A DNA stretch of 64,000 nt, taken from the IMG/VR virus record IMGVR_UViG_3300008108_000011, positions 96,001 through 160,000 of that record; one strand, 5' to 3'. Positions 22,001 through 32,100 of this stretch are shown here, piece after piece. The translations under genes and the position numbers were made by a program. Numbering within the stretch: position 1 is the first letter of the stretch; each line of letters opens with the position of its first letter. The stretch comes from a virus. The notes beneath the pieces are model-generated. The model was not told the DNA's origin. It ran no database searches and saw only the letters and a program-made list of their open reading frames with translations.

Positions 22001-24201
22001 GTAAGGTTTCAAACGGATCAATATATGATACAGATTTAACTGTATTTGGTGCTGGATATACTGATGCACCAGCAGTAATAATTAATTTCACAGGAACCTC
22101 TGCTTCTGGAGCTTCAATTGAAGCTTTATTAGAAATAGATACTCCCGCTGTTAGAATGGGCGTTGCTGTTGATCCTGGAACTGTTTCGGTAGTTGATTCT
22201 ACTACTCCTACTAAATTTGCTTTTGAATATCCAGTGTATTTACAAAATAACACAGAATATGCTTTTGTGATTGAATCGGATTCCACCGATTACGAGATAT
22301 GGGTTTCTAGATTAGGTGAAACAGAAAAATCTACTAGTTCTGTGGTAACAACACAGCCACTATTAGGATCTGTATTTAAATCTCAAAACGTTGATTCTTG
22401 GACAGAAGATTTATTTGAAGATATTAAATTTACACTTTATAGAGCAGAATTTAATACTGAACGACCAGGAATTATTGAGTTAACAAATGAAATGCTTGGA
22501 TATACTGAACTAGATTTAAATCCAATCCAAACAGATTCTTTATCCGACACAACTGCTACATCAAAACTATTCAAAAATAATAATAGTATAGTTAAAGTAA
22601 CACACAAAGATAATGGATTTGAGTTTGGAGGTAATTCATATGTAGCATTTAAGAGATGTAATGATGTTGGTGGTCTTACTTCGGAACTATTGAATAACAC
22701 ATTATTCAATGTTTATAATGGTGGTGTAGATTTCTACACTATCACTTCTCCAACAAAAGCATCATCAAATGCTGTTGGTGGTGGAGAAAATACTCTTGCT
22801 TTATATAATAAAAAATATGAAAAATTATATGCACAAATAGCATATTTAAATTTCAGTGACACAAGTATTAATGCAGAAGTAAAAACAACAAATATTATTC
22901 CTGTAGATTCAACTGTTACTAATTACACAAATTATTCTCAATCTTCTTTCGAAAAAACTTTCTTAAATCAAGAACATTATTTTAACAATCAAAAAGTGGT
23001 TGCATCTAGAATTAATGAGTTGAAGAACTCAAATTCTATTTCTGATAGATCTTTAACTTATAAATTAACTTTAGAATCTGATGTATCTTACCTATCTCCT
23101 GTAATTGATCTTCGTTCTTCTTCGGTCAAATTGATTAATAATAAAGTAGAAAAATCTTTAGGAAAAGAAGATAGATTTGGAAGAAGAGATCAAATTATTA
23201 GTTTCTATCCAGTTTATAATTTTATTGTAGCTGGAGCAAATGTTGGTGCTATTAATGCAGGTGATGCAGGTAATCCAAAAATTATTACTGGATTCACTTC
23301 ACAGGCAAGAGGAGTTATTGTTAAATTTGATGTTTCTGCTAGCAGATTATATGTAAAGATGTTGACAGATATTTTATTCTCCCCTAGCGAAACTTTAGAA
23401 TTTGCTTCCCAACCAACATTAAGCGGAATTACAGTTGGTTCATCGGGAGTCACAGAACAATCATTTAATTTTAATTACAACTCTACTGTGATTGCAATTG
23501 ATAAAACGGATGTGACTAAAACATATGATAACGTTATTAGTGGAAAAGTAGTTCAGTGGGATGCAGAGAAGAAAATACTTACTGTATCAAACAACAAAAA
23601 TCCAATTAATGACAATTATACTGCTGCTGCAACTCCAGGGTCTGCTTATGCACGAGTTCCTTTCTCAAGTGCTTCTCAACAGCAAAGAGACATCTTTAGA
23701 GTGGGAGATTTAATTTCTTACGAAAATCAAGCATCTGATACGAAGTCATTTTTAGAAGTCAAATCTATTTCATATACTGATGGTGTATTGTTTGTTCCTG
23801 AGTTTAATAGAAATAGTTCTTCTGTAGCAAAATATGCTACTAAAGAAATTTCTATAGAGAATGCAGGAACAGGATTGGATGTTAAATTAACGGCAAATAT
23901 TTTTGAAGAAGATGATATTCAGGTTTTATATAAGATTAAAACAGTAAGTTCTCAATTTAATTTTGATGATCTTGGATGGGAATATTTTAATGGAACTGGT
24001 AAACCAGACGTGAGAGTTATTCCATCGTCTGAAAATAGTATTGCTGGTTATATTGAAGATCAAAGATCATATAAGGAATACAAATTTAGTGTCGCAAATC
24101 TTCCCGAATTCTCTTCTTTTGCAATTAAAATTGTTATGAAAAGTTCCAATCCAGTATTTGTTCCAAAAATTCAAGATTGTAGAGTTGTTGCATCATTCTA
24201 A
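16054..24201 (+). CDS. Large virion structural protein (VrlC/DUF4815-like), 2715 aa
   Basis: MPQKINLNAPPYYDDFD...KVLFRPG..IQTRELTTLQS; APGAHRLKI; LARRTFDESGNY; KRYTMRDIGKLEQRI; position after gp8 as in cyanomyoviruses. Confidence 0.8.
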   Translation: MPQKINLNAPPYYDDFDSSKGYYKVLFRPGYSIQTRELTTLQSVLQNQIENLGRSRFKQGQQVIPGEVSFNNKLNYIKLASVSEVAVNINGNIVFQKYDISQLVGVTLQGLSSGVTASVISYAFGNDLESDILFVKYTNSGNASNESTFRQGETLEALNITDTPTLVVGTDGSVLPTTIDVQNYDTGVITTIDSPAMGFASAVKVQEGVYFVNGYFVNNHEQIIVVDKYYDKPSVKVGFKISEDLVTPEQDISLYDNARGFSNFSAPGAHRLKIDLSLVVKEYDALADEDYVSLVTIKNGEVQQLTKTADYNVLEETLARRTFDESGNYVVDEFPLDLREYYQKNNNRGVYPLNSDTSLVNGISQSEANTLMVAGVGSGKAYIKGYEVINKDVKYLNVSKARDTLTREDTRIKTLSPSFFNVRNVYGSVPLNAEGQELTAYPNIYLNSVFNDGSIGYNNEELTAEAKQTLNRRGKVFGLNDGIITLYCQNPSNFSSYTYPTPSTFGVSLQKLWYVVNRGTTAATTTVRSIDLLSYAIVSRPSDLGSSTDTFLELTVVGNKEDILYFLREYDEDDSDKRRKLFVSENDAKGFYFQSGSQTIFPYSQILDYNNLITPIVGVCKPKDFSLLERGSGFNVDIDKVVSKGRLANGTPSYNSVFRLSYFNPSFFTRIILDQNINSSTFEPGKYIVGSTSGAYGVVEGSSTSKYTTGSVLFVKTLSGTFLSGETITDEGGNSRRIAREGTISHFVVVKRGSGYPFNTTVRINGVDYNNSSITVGIQGNIPYKIDIVNRNLVSQVYSTTPVITFNTGSTNPTAETLVKAVLYRNTVYTYTPQNVKSMHCSFGAGNAYNFTADVESFSTSYITSKSLTDFTFSGSIGSKYLECNGFSGDPSNELMQGDIVQFTDSNNNPIRSVVQSVDKPEGLTKSRVYLDNVLRGNVVNSNCVKIKPNVENISTSTLVIPLGAKYISSTVDSSEDSKIKYHFRRDFVTTASTSGGNVTFAAQLPYGTQRFAGFTPENFLLTVLDKKSSTTFQSGDLIYLSSDQVVIENTTSSTTGLTAGSVQITLDPDIFGTTTNFPILKLTATLEVSKARPRLKTVYRNKRILIVSPGDRIVPLRGVDYDSDSTDILSYSDAFKIKYVYEGTTQVPPVVSASGDLVTGTDVTERFSFDDGQRDTFYDVSRLVLKPGFEPPSGQLIVAFDYFEHSQGDFCTVDSYLHEAGVNLDEIPDFNSIVHGKLSLRDVFDFRPKVDSNAIISGYQDTSILSVEDYNSFFGSGGITSSTPASDPNLAYTISFNLKQYLDRIDGVFVNKKGEFFVKEGNASLNPTKPADVDDSLALYYLYVPAYTIQANDVKVITVDNKRYTMRDIGKLEQRIERLERYTMLSVLEQQALNMQVRDDIGIERFKCGFVVDGFENHSVGNLSSIDYLCSIDPQQSVLRPRSIENSLRLKEVNTRDEQRFLDGYQKSGSVITLPFTEVRAVENRFATRKININPFVVVQYSGDASLYPNVDQWFDQKESPIILNNDSKVFSVFYAKNDSREGFNSIHNNFIINWVGTDRVFYNVSPLNEITTLETTGTTRDASTASSSNISPQNNQLAQGISSKTVGNVSVSSSLQSFCRSVPVFFKLTRLKPSTRFYAFIDGRSIDRWIIQDFKFTGIAGNSLGTFNSGITTDANGNASGMILIPSGLPPQSGSSWLGDVTTVQYDTETGSPLSIVSGVKTIKFSSDINGSVDSTVESFAEVKYYATGSFPVQPSSVVSTSPAILKSPEGIQYIENTKAQAKPNPLSQTFTVEGYPGGVFVTGLDLYFNKKSSTIPVKAYLTNIESGKPGKYIVPGSESVLNPDTYLKVYTNGTINISRNETVTGTSSNASGPIKAVYDRNNTLVPASINGEFTLTNDQTYTLVLSNHNGRSFIQNETLNLSSLSTYNNAQNTNLSLTIARDSGRLTGLTITNCGTGYESATLTIESPQLIGGVNATATCKVSNGSIYDTDLTVFGAGYTDAPAVIINFTGTSASGASIEALLEIDTPAVRMGVAVDPGTVSVVDSTTPTKFAFEYPVYLQNNTEYAFVIESDSTDYEIWVSRLGETEKSTSSVVTTQPLLGSVFKSQNVDSWTEDLFEDIKFTLYRAEFNTERPGIIELTNEMLGYTELDLNPIQTDSLSDTTATSKLFKNNNSIVKVTHKDNGFEFGGNSYVAFKRCNDVGGLTSELLNNTLFNVYNGGVDFYTITSPTKASSNAVGGGENTLALYNKKYEKLYAQIAYLNFSDTSINAEVKTTNIIPVDSTVTNYTNYSQSSFEKTFLNQEHYFNNQKVVASRINELKNSNSISDRSLTYKLTLESDVSYLSPVIDLRSSSVKLINNKVEKSLGKEDRFGRRDQIISFYPVYNFIVAGANVGAINAGDAGNPKIITGFTSQARGVIVKFDVSASRLYVKMLTDILFSPSETLEFASQPTLSGITVGSSGVTEQSFNFNYNSTVIAIDKTDVTKTYDNVISGKVVQWDAEKKILTVSNNKNPINDNYTAAATPGSAYARVPFSSASQQQRDIFRVGDLISYENQASDTKSFLEVKSISYTDGVLFVPEFNRNSSSVAKYATKEISIENAGTGLDVKLTANIFEEDDIQVLYKIKTVSSQFNFDDLGWEYFNGTGKPDVRVIPSSENSIAGYIEDQRSYKEYKFSVANLPEFSSFAIKIVMKSSNPVFVPKIQDCRVVASF

Positions 24202-24425
24202 TGGATTATATTAAAGTTCTCGATCATGACTATCTTGTAAGAGACAACGATACTGGTGCCATTATAAATACTGATAAAAGTGTATTTGAAGATGCTAAAA
24301 AACTGCGTAATGGCAGTGCGTCTATTAAAAAACTTCAAACTGATGTTGAAGATTTAAAGAATGAGTTATCAGATATTAAAAATCTTCTAAGAGAATTTAT
24401 AAGAAATGCCAACACCAATCCTTAG
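24201..24425 (+). CDS. Small conserved virion-region protein with C-terminal coiled coil
   Basis: 74 aa, 1-nt overlap with upstream stop; [14 protein letters not shown] then heptads [22 protein letters not shown]. Confidence 0.75.
   Translation: MDYIKVLDHDYLVRDNDTGAIINTDKSVFEDAKKLRNGSASIKKLQTDVEDLKNELSDIKNLLREFIRNANTNP
24263..24270 (+). promoter_or_regulatory. Internal late promoter
   Basis: TATAAATA inside the 74-aa gene, about 135 nt upstream of the 1383-aa fibre gene. Confidence 0.5.
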
Positions 24426-27400
24426 AAATGTAGCGAAAACCGATACTTTAGAAATACAGAGGCAGAAGATAAATCTACTGGCTTCTGATTTATTCAGCGT
24501 GCAAACTAGCGTTGGCGAAGGCGCTTTTAGTATGAGTGATGGTAGTATTCAGCAACCATCTTTGTTTTTTACTAATGCTACGGATGTTGGTATCTTTAGA
24601 GGATCTAGCGGAAAACAATTATATATTGCAGCCGAAGGCAATGCAGTTGCAAAATTTGATAAAAATAATTTAACTTCTTTACGAGATTTTAAAACATTAG
24701 TTTCGGCAGTTCCAATTGGAGCTAATGGAATTACAATTACAAGCCCAGGATCAGAATATAGTGGAGGAACTTTTTCTTCTGTTCCTCTTACTGGAGGATC
24801 TGGAACTGGAATAAAAGCTTCTCTTATTGTAAGACCTATAACAGGAACTATCACAAATGGTGGATCTGGATATGTTGGTGGATCTTATGTAAGCGTTCCT
24901 TTGACGGGGGGAAGTGGAACTGGAGCTACAGCAGATATTACAGTTTCTCCTTTCTCTGGTTCTATTCAAAATGGTGGATCTGGCGGAAATATCGGGGGGA
25001 ATGCTTCTCAAATATTTACAAATGTATCGTTAACTGGTGGTTCTGGTTCTGGAATGAGAGCCGATATTACTGTTACTACTGCCGGACAAATTGTAGCTGT
25101 TACAGGAGTAACTATAGTTAATCAGGGATCTGGATATCAAACTGGTAATGTTCTGTCAGCTGTTTCTAATACAATTGGTGGAGTTACAGGATTTCAATAT
25201 GTAATTAATGGTGTTGGTAACGTCACTCAAGTTCAGATTTTATTAGCAAACACTGGATATCAAGTTGGAAATGTTTTATCTGCTAGTAATACAAATTTAG
25301 GTGGTTCTGGATCAGGATTTCAATTTACAATAACTGGAGTTGGAGCAGTAGTTGATGCTTCTGTTACTGATGGCGGTGACGGATATATTATAGGAGATCA
25401 ACTTTCAGTAAATGCTGTTGAATTAACACCAGCAGAAACTTGGTATGTTAGGATGTGGATGACACAATTATTTGTGTTTTCTGGAACACTTCCAACAACA
25501 GGATTTAATGTTGGAGATACATTAACATATGCTGGAGAAGGAAGAACTGTTGTAAAAAGGTTTTTAAATGCTCAAAATAGAGTAGAAGCAGTTGCTGTTA
25601 GAGCTGGTGCAGAAGATGGAAATACTATTCAATTTTTCCCAAATTTATCTGCTAGTGATGGAAATGGCAATAGTGCAGTTGTCGGATCTTCTACTTCTGC
25701 ATTAAATTATTATTTTTCTTTGAATCAAAACGGTCCTTTTGAAAATATAAAAGATTTTACTTTCCAAAAAAACAAAAGATATATTTTCAATCAGACTAAT
25801 TCTTCTAACAATACACACCCAATACGATTTAGCACAACTGCAGATGGTATTCATACCGTATTGAGTGGTCAAGGGGCACAAAGAGATTTTGGTGATTTAT
25901 ACGAGGGAAGTGAAGTAAATTACGAATATACTCCTTTTGATGTTTCCATCACCCCAAATGATAATACTCCAACTACTTTATACTATTATTGTAGTAATGG
26001 TTTTGGAGATCCCGAGAACCAACATATCAATGAAGGAGGGTTTGATGGTAGAGAAGGAAAAATAACTATAAGTGGAGCAGCAACAGTAGGTGGTGGTGGT
26101 TTAGTTCTTACTGTCGGTGCTGTTAATACTGCTTCTAATATTATCCTCAAAAAGAATGGAGAATCTACATTAGGAGCTACAACAGCTTCTTCATTAACTT
26201 TAACTGGAGGATTATCAGTTGGATCTTCAACTACTTTAAGTGGCAATTTAACTATTGGATCAAATAAATTTACAGTCAATTCGTCAACTGGAAATACTAA
26301 TATTGCGGGATCTTTAACTGTTCAAGATGATCTTTCTTTCTTGGCAGATGCAGCATTTGGAGGAACTTTATTTATAGACTCTGCAAATAATAGAGTTTCT
26401 GTTAATATAGATCCTGCAGTTACACCATTAACAGAAGCGTTTGAAGTTTTTGGAGACACAAAAACAAGTGGAAATGTTGTTTTATCCACTGCTTCTGGAA
26501 AAATTGTAAAAATTGGAGATATTACTCAACTTGGAGGAACTTCACGATTACAAGTTGACGGTTCGGTTTACTCCACGCAAGGATTTTTTGCAAAATCATT
26601 ATCTGATGTAAAAAATCCTACTATTAGTTTTAGGTCTTACGAAAGATTTGGATTGTCGCATAATGCTTCTAGTTCTACTTTATCTGTAACTACGGGAAGT
26701 GGAGAAGTATTGAGATTTGGAAATTCTGTTACAACATCATTAAGAAATTTAAATTTTGATAGAGTCGATGTTACAGCAACTACATTAGTAGGAGGGGAAG
26801 GATATACAAATGGTTCTTATAGTGGATTACAACCATCTGGAGGAACTGGATCGGGATTAACTTTATCTTTAATTGTTGCATTTACTGTCAATATTACTAA
26901 TGCTGGATCTGGATATACTCCAAATACTTACGAAAACGTTCCACTTACTGGTGGTTCTGGATCAGGAGCAAGTGCAACCATTATCATTAATTCTACTGGT
27001 GTAGTAAGTGATGTAATAGTTACTAATGCTGGAACTGGATATACAGCAGGTAATACATTATCTTTCAATTATACAAATTTAATTGCAAATAACGGTGGAG
27101 TAATAGTAACTTCTACGGCACCGTCTCAAGTAGCATCATTAACTATAAATCAATTAGGTGCAGTAACAAAAATTACAATTACAGATAGTGGTATTGGATA
27201 TGCAGCTGGAGATATTTTAACTTTATCACCTCCAGGATCTCCAACAACACCAGCAACATTAACAATCAATACCACAGTTTCTACAAATACTATTAGTATA
27301 AATTCATCTACTGGCAATATTTTAGCACAATCTTTAAGCACTCTAGGTTCTGGAATTTTAATAGATAACAAACTTTCTATAGATTCAAATACAATATCAT

Positions 27401-28557
27401 CTACACAAAACGAAGATATTAATATTTCACCTGGAGCTGCATCGAGAATTCTTTCGGTTTCTGGAACAGGTGGGGTGAAATTACCTGTTGGTAATTCCAC
27501 CAATAGACCATCTGCATCAACTGCTGGTATTATTCGTTACAACACACAGACTTCTCAATATGAAGGTTCGAATGGAGTTAACTTCATTTCTCTTGGCGGT
27601 GTAAGAGATGTTGATGGAAATACTTATATTATTGCTGAGGAGACTGTAGGTGCTAATGATAATATTCTATATTTCTTCAATGATAATTATAACTCGGCAA
27701 GATTAAACCGAACAGAGTTAGAACTTACAACTGCAAATAAAATTTCTTCTAGAGATACTGATGGTAAATTTGCATGGAAGGCAAATACAGCATATCTTTT
27801 AAATGCATATGTATATTATGGAGATAATATATACAAAGTAACGACTGCAGGAACAACTTCAACTATAGCACCAACTCACACATCTGGTTCTGCTACGAAT
27901 GGAACTACAGTTCTTGAATATTATGGAGATTCTTATGGAAGTCTAGAAATAAGAGCAGATGAATTAAAAGTTGGTGTTAGATTTAACATTAATGATAAGT
28001 TAAAATTATATTCATATAATACAAATGATTTTATTCTAGAAAATCAAATTAATAATTTCCAGTTTGCTTTTGGAAATGTTTTAGGAGTTCCCGATACATT
28101 CTTAACAATAGATACAGCTGGAACTTTAAAAATTAATAAAAATTACGACACTGCTGGATCCACAAATAATCACATTCTATTAGATAAGACTCTCAAATAT
28201 ATTGAGCTAGATGATATTGCTTTAGCAACCGCCGATTCTTCACTAATTAAAGGAACCACCAACAGCGCAGCAACATCAGTATACAACACAACTACACATA
28301 AAGGTGCTAAAGTTGTGGTAGTTGCTGATAATATTACAACTGGTGATAGACATATCGTTGAATATAATGTTATTCATAAAAACTCAAATATATACGTTAA
28401 TGAGTATGGCAACTTAGATACAGGAACAGAACAATTTACCGCTTTATTTGATTTTGATGGTTCTGATAATGTTCGTGTTACTTATACATTAACTTCTGGT
28501 GTTTCTTCTGGAGACAACGTTGTGATTACTACTACCAAAACTCAAATTAAGAAGTAA
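24406..28557 (+). CDS. Tail fibre-like virion structural protein, 1383 aa
   Basis: N-terminal [17 protein letters not shown]; multiple GSGY...[10 protein letters not shown] repeats; [11 protein letters not shown]...[14 protein letters not shown] fibre motif; cupredoxin-like and CBM-like inserts. Confidence 0.75.
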   Translation: MPTPILRNVAKTDTLEIQRQKINLLASDLFSVQTSVGEGAFSMSDGSIQQPSLFFTNATDVGIFRGSSGKQLYIAAEGNAVAKFDKNNLTSLRDFKTLVSAVPIGANGITITSPGSEYSGGTFSSVPLTGGSGTGIKASLIVRPITGTITNGGSGYVGGSYVSVPLTGGSGTGATADITVSPFSGSIQNGGSGGNIGGNASQIFTNVSLTGGSGSGMRADITVTTAGQIVAVTGVTIVNQGSGYQTGNVLSAVSNTIGGVTGFQYVINGVGNVTQVQILLANTGYQVGNVLSASNTNLGGSGSGFQFTITGVGAVVDASVTDGGDGYIIGDQLSVNAVELTPAETWYVRMWMTQLFVFSGTLPTTGFNVGDTLTYAGEGRTVVKRFLNAQNRVEAVAVRAGAEDGNTIQFFPNLSASDGNGNSAVVGSSTSALNYYFSLNQNGPFENIKDFTFQKNKRYIFNQTNSSNNTHPIRFSTTADGIHTVLSGQGAQRDFGDLYEGSEVNYEYTPFDVSITPNDNTPTTLYYYCSNGFGDPENQHINEGGFDGREGKITISGAATVGGGGLVLTVGAVNTASNIILKKNGESTLGATTASSLTLTGGLSVGSSTTLSGNLTIGSNKFTVNSSTGNTNIAGSLTVQDDLSFLADAAFGGTLFIDSANNRVSVNIDPAVTPLTEAFEVFGDTKTSGNVVLSTASGKIVKIGDITQLGGTSRLQVDGSVYSTQGFFAKSLSDVKNPTISFRSYERFGLSHNASSSTLSVTTGSGEVLRFGNSVTTSLRNLNFDRVDVTATTLVGGEGYTNGSYSGLQPSGGTGSGLTLSLIVAFTVNITNAGSGYTPNTYENVPLTGGSGSGASATIIINSTGVVSDVIVTNAGTGYTAGNTLSFNYTNLIANNGGVIVTSTAPSQVASLTINQLGAVTKITITDSGIGYAAGDILTLSPPGSPTTPATLTINTTVSTNTISINSSTGNILAQSLSTLGSGILIDNKLSIDSNTISSTQNEDINISPGAASRILSVSGTGGVKLPVGNSTNRPSASTAGIIRYNTQTSQYEGSNGVNFISLGGVRDVDGNTYIIAEETVGANDNILYFFNDNYNSARLNRTELELTTANKISSRDTDGKFAWKANTAYLLNAYVYYGDNIYKVTTAGTTSTIAPTHTSGSATNGTTVLEYYGDSYGSLEIRADELKVGVRFNINDKLKLYSYNTNDFILENQINNFQFAFGNVLGVPDTFLTIDTAGTLKINKNYDTAGSTNNHILLDKTLKYIELDDIALATADSSLIKGTTNSAATSVYNTTTHKGAKVVVVADNITTGDRHIVEYNVIHKNSNIYVNEYGNLDTGTEQFTALFDFDGSDNVRVTYTLTSGVSSGDNVVITTTKTQIKK

Positions 28558-28563
28558 TAAAAG

Positions 28564-29070
28564 ATGGCAACTACTATAAAAACCTTTAATTCGGAAGGTG
28601 GGTTTGGTGTAAATCAAGTCACACTAGTTACAGATAAATTAGATATTCAGAATGTCAATACATTCAATTTAAAAAATTCTAATTATACTGATGCCTCACG
28701 AACAGATTATATTTTAAGGGGATTAAATACATCTGTTCTAACTTTAGATGGAACTTTTCCAATAACGTTAGCATCAAACACTATTAACTTTATTACTGGA
28801 TATATTGTTGCAGTTAATCCAACTGGAGTTGGTCATTATTCAGTAAAGATTGAATCTGCAGTAACATGTAATTCGTCGGGAGATGTTCAAGTTTTATCCG
28901 AAATTTTTACAACAGTAAAAGATAGCGTACCTACTGGTCAGACTTGGACAGTTGCTAGTTACGATTCTGGCACAGCAAATCAATTTAGTTACACTACAAC
29001 AAGAGGCGGAACAACCGATACTATTAAATGGATTGCAAACACCCAAGTAGTATCAGTTTCTTGGTCATAA
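28564..29070 (+). CDS. Virion structural protein (168 aa, beta-rich)
   Basis: FNSEGGFGV N-terminus, Thr/Ser-rich, sits between two fibre genes. Confidence 0.7.
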   Translation: MATTIKTFNSEGGFGVNQVTLVTDKLDIQNVNTFNLKNSNYTDASRTDYILRGLNTSVLTLDGTFPITLASNTINFITGYIVAVNPTGVGHYSVKIESAVTCNSSGDVQVLSEIFTTVKDSVPTGQTWTVASYDSGTANQFSYTTTRGGTTDTIKWIANTQVVSVSWS

Positions 29071-29072
29071 TA

Positions 29073-29080
29073 ACTAAATA
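29073..29080 (+). promoter_or_regulatory. Late promoter variant (ACTAAATA)
   Basis: CTAAATA variant in the only intergenic gap upstream of the 2718-aa gene. Confidence 0.45.
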
Positions 29081-29121
29081 ATACAGAAGAAAAAACAGAA
29101 CTCTAGAGGCATTACGAGAAA

Positions 29122-32100
29122 ATGAGTTTAGAATTTAATGCTGATAAGCAGATAATCAAATCAACAAATCCTCAACTTATTGGTAGTGATGATCTCACTA
29201 TTAGAGCTGGTTCTGGATCGGATGAAAAGGAAGTTTTTAGAGTTCAATTAGATGATACTACGAAGTTACCTCGTATTGGTATCAACCGAACTGGTCAAAA
29301 AATCGAAAAGATTTTAATTGATCAAGGATTTAATGGTAGTGGATATACTACCCAACCATCTGTTATTATTGGTCCTCCAGATCTTACTAATGGTATTCAG
29401 GCACAAGCATCTGCAATCATCTCTGCTGGTTCTGTAGTAGCAATTGTTGTTGATAATGTAGGTTCTGGATATCTTTCAGCGCCATCAGTAAGTATTCTCG
29501 GAGGCAATGGAAATGGTGCTGCTGCTACTGCATATCTAGATACTGTAGATTACGAACTAGATGTTAATGGTGCTATTAGAACATCTACTTCAATTATTTC
29601 AGATACTGCAAGAATCCTAAACCTAGATATTGATAATTTTGTAACTCCAGATGCAAAATTTCGTGCTCCATCCTTAAAAACGTATGCTAACAACACAGGA
29701 ATATTGTGGGCACCATCTACATCTATAAGTATCAATGAAGTTTGGTATTACGGTAATAATATTTACCAAGCATTAAACACAGGTCTCAGTGGAAGCACTC
29801 CACCAACTCATATTGATGGAACCCAAACAAATGGAACTGTAAGTTTCAAACATATTGGATATAGAGTATCTAGCCCTCTATTGAAAGGATATAACCAGGA
29901 TATGAGTTATCCTCGTTCTATCACGCCTCCTTTTGGTGATGACTCAGATAAAGTTGCTACCACTGAATACGTTCTAAACCTCGCTACGAATGACGTTGGC
30001 GGCCGTGTTTATGTTTCTGCAGAGATTGGCAATGATTCGAATAATGGTAGATCTGCAGCTGCTCCCGTAAGAACGATTAAGAGAGCATGTCAGATTGCTT
30101 CACAGACAAAAGGTGTCAAAGAAACAGTTGTTGTTTCTGGTGGTGAGTATGTAGAAGATAACCCAATTTCTATTCCGCCAGATTGTTCAGTTGTTGGCGA
30201 CTCACTTCGTATTGTTATTGTTCGCCCAAACAATCCGAACAAGCACATGTTCAAGTTTGCGGACAAGAATTATATTTCTGGTCTAACATTCAGAGATAAA
30301 ATTGATAGTAATGGAGATCCTATTGCTACTTGGAAATATGCTTGTGTCTTTGACGACAAGCAAAGAATTTATTATGATCCAGCATCTGGTGGAGATTTTA
30401 AAAGAGATTTTCCAATTGGTCATCAAATTTTCGGTCCTGCAAAAATTAGAGTTACTTTCCAAACAAACACTGGAGGAACTGCTATTGCTGAAAACGAATA
30501 TGTAACTGGTGTAAACACTGGTGCGGTTGGTGTTGTAACGGCAAGAACGTTTTCTAGTGGAACAGTTAGTGGAACTATAGATATTAAAGTTCTTAGTGGT
30601 TCTTTCCAAACTGGTGAAACATTTACATATCCAGGTGATGGTGCCAGATCATGGCAAGCGAATACAACTTATACTCTGAATACTATTATCTACAATGGTA
30701 ATAATGTTTATTCCGTAACTACTGCAGGAACTTCTGCTTCAACTTCTCCAACTCATACAACTGGAGCAGAATCTAATGGAACTGCGACTTTAACTTGGAT
30801 TCGTAATGTATATAACTTGATTGCTATTCAGGTAGAGTCAATTAGAGCAGAGGGAGAAGTTGTAGAGCATGTTACCGATACTACAACTACTCTACCTATC
30901 ACCAGAGTTGATGGTTCTCTCCAAGCAGATCCAACAGTTGGTGGTATTGTTCTTTATACAAACCCATTGGTAGGAAGAACAAACTTCCACAACTTCAAAG
31001 AAAACCAAGAGATTGAAATTTCTGGTTTACCAACTTCAAACCCAGATCTTTCTTCTCTAAACGGTAAGCAAAGAGTCTTCAAAATTATTAGAGATGCTGA
31101 CGGAAGATCCAGACGTATTGTTCTTTACAAGCAACTAGCGGCATTTAGTGATGTTAACTACATTCCATCGAATGCATCAGTAAAATCTGCAAACAACTAC
31201 ATTACTCTATCCCTATTAAACTCACCAAACAAATTCCCACTTCCTTCATTTGTTTTAAGACGTTACCAGGATGCTTGCAACTTAATTAGAAATAATATTG
31301 ATTTCATCAAGGATGAAACATATCTACAAATCCAGGATGAATTTAGCCCCAACTTCTCAATTTCGTCAATTCAAACAACAACTGGAACTGGTGCTGATGC
31401 TGGTTATGTAATCTTCAGAATTACTACCACTGGCAATCATGGATTCTATCTAAATGATACTGTATCCATTTTTAAGAATGGATTGAATAATAATATTAAT
31501 GGAACATTTACTGTAAGCAATAAAGTAAGTAATACAGTATTTGAAGTTAAGTGGTTAGGTGTTATTGGAACACTTGGTTTAACTTCTGGCACCATTTACA
31601 CCACAAGTTCAACTCCTGCTCTATCAGCAAGTGCTTACGTTCAAAGAGCATTCACTATTCCAAACGAAGCAAAGTGCCGTAGAGATATTGGGCATATTGT
31701 TAATGCCATCATCATGGATCTTGAGTATGGTGGCAACTATAACGTTATCGAAGCCGCCAAGACTTATAGAAATGGAACTCAAATTGGTTATGTCAGCAAC
31801 GAGATTGCAGAAACAGTAAGATCAGTAGAGATTGCTCGTAATCTTTGCATTCTTGCAATGCGTCGTTGGAGAACTGGAAACGGTCAAATAGCAGATCCAC
31901 TATATACACCAGTATATTCTAATGTAGCGCGTTATTACGACACATCAGTAGTTCAGGATACATCTAACCCTGCATGTAATGATGTTGCAAATGCTATTAC
32001 AACACTTGCATACACTTTCACTGATACATTATCAAACAATGCTGATGGTAGAAACCTAGATGCCGCTATTCAGATTGCACGTAATACTGACTTCATTGCA

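Noticed and set aside
16054-24201. VrlC-like protein as a virulence factor
   Set aside because: Position after gp8 and its repeat content indicate a baseplate structural protein; the name is historical
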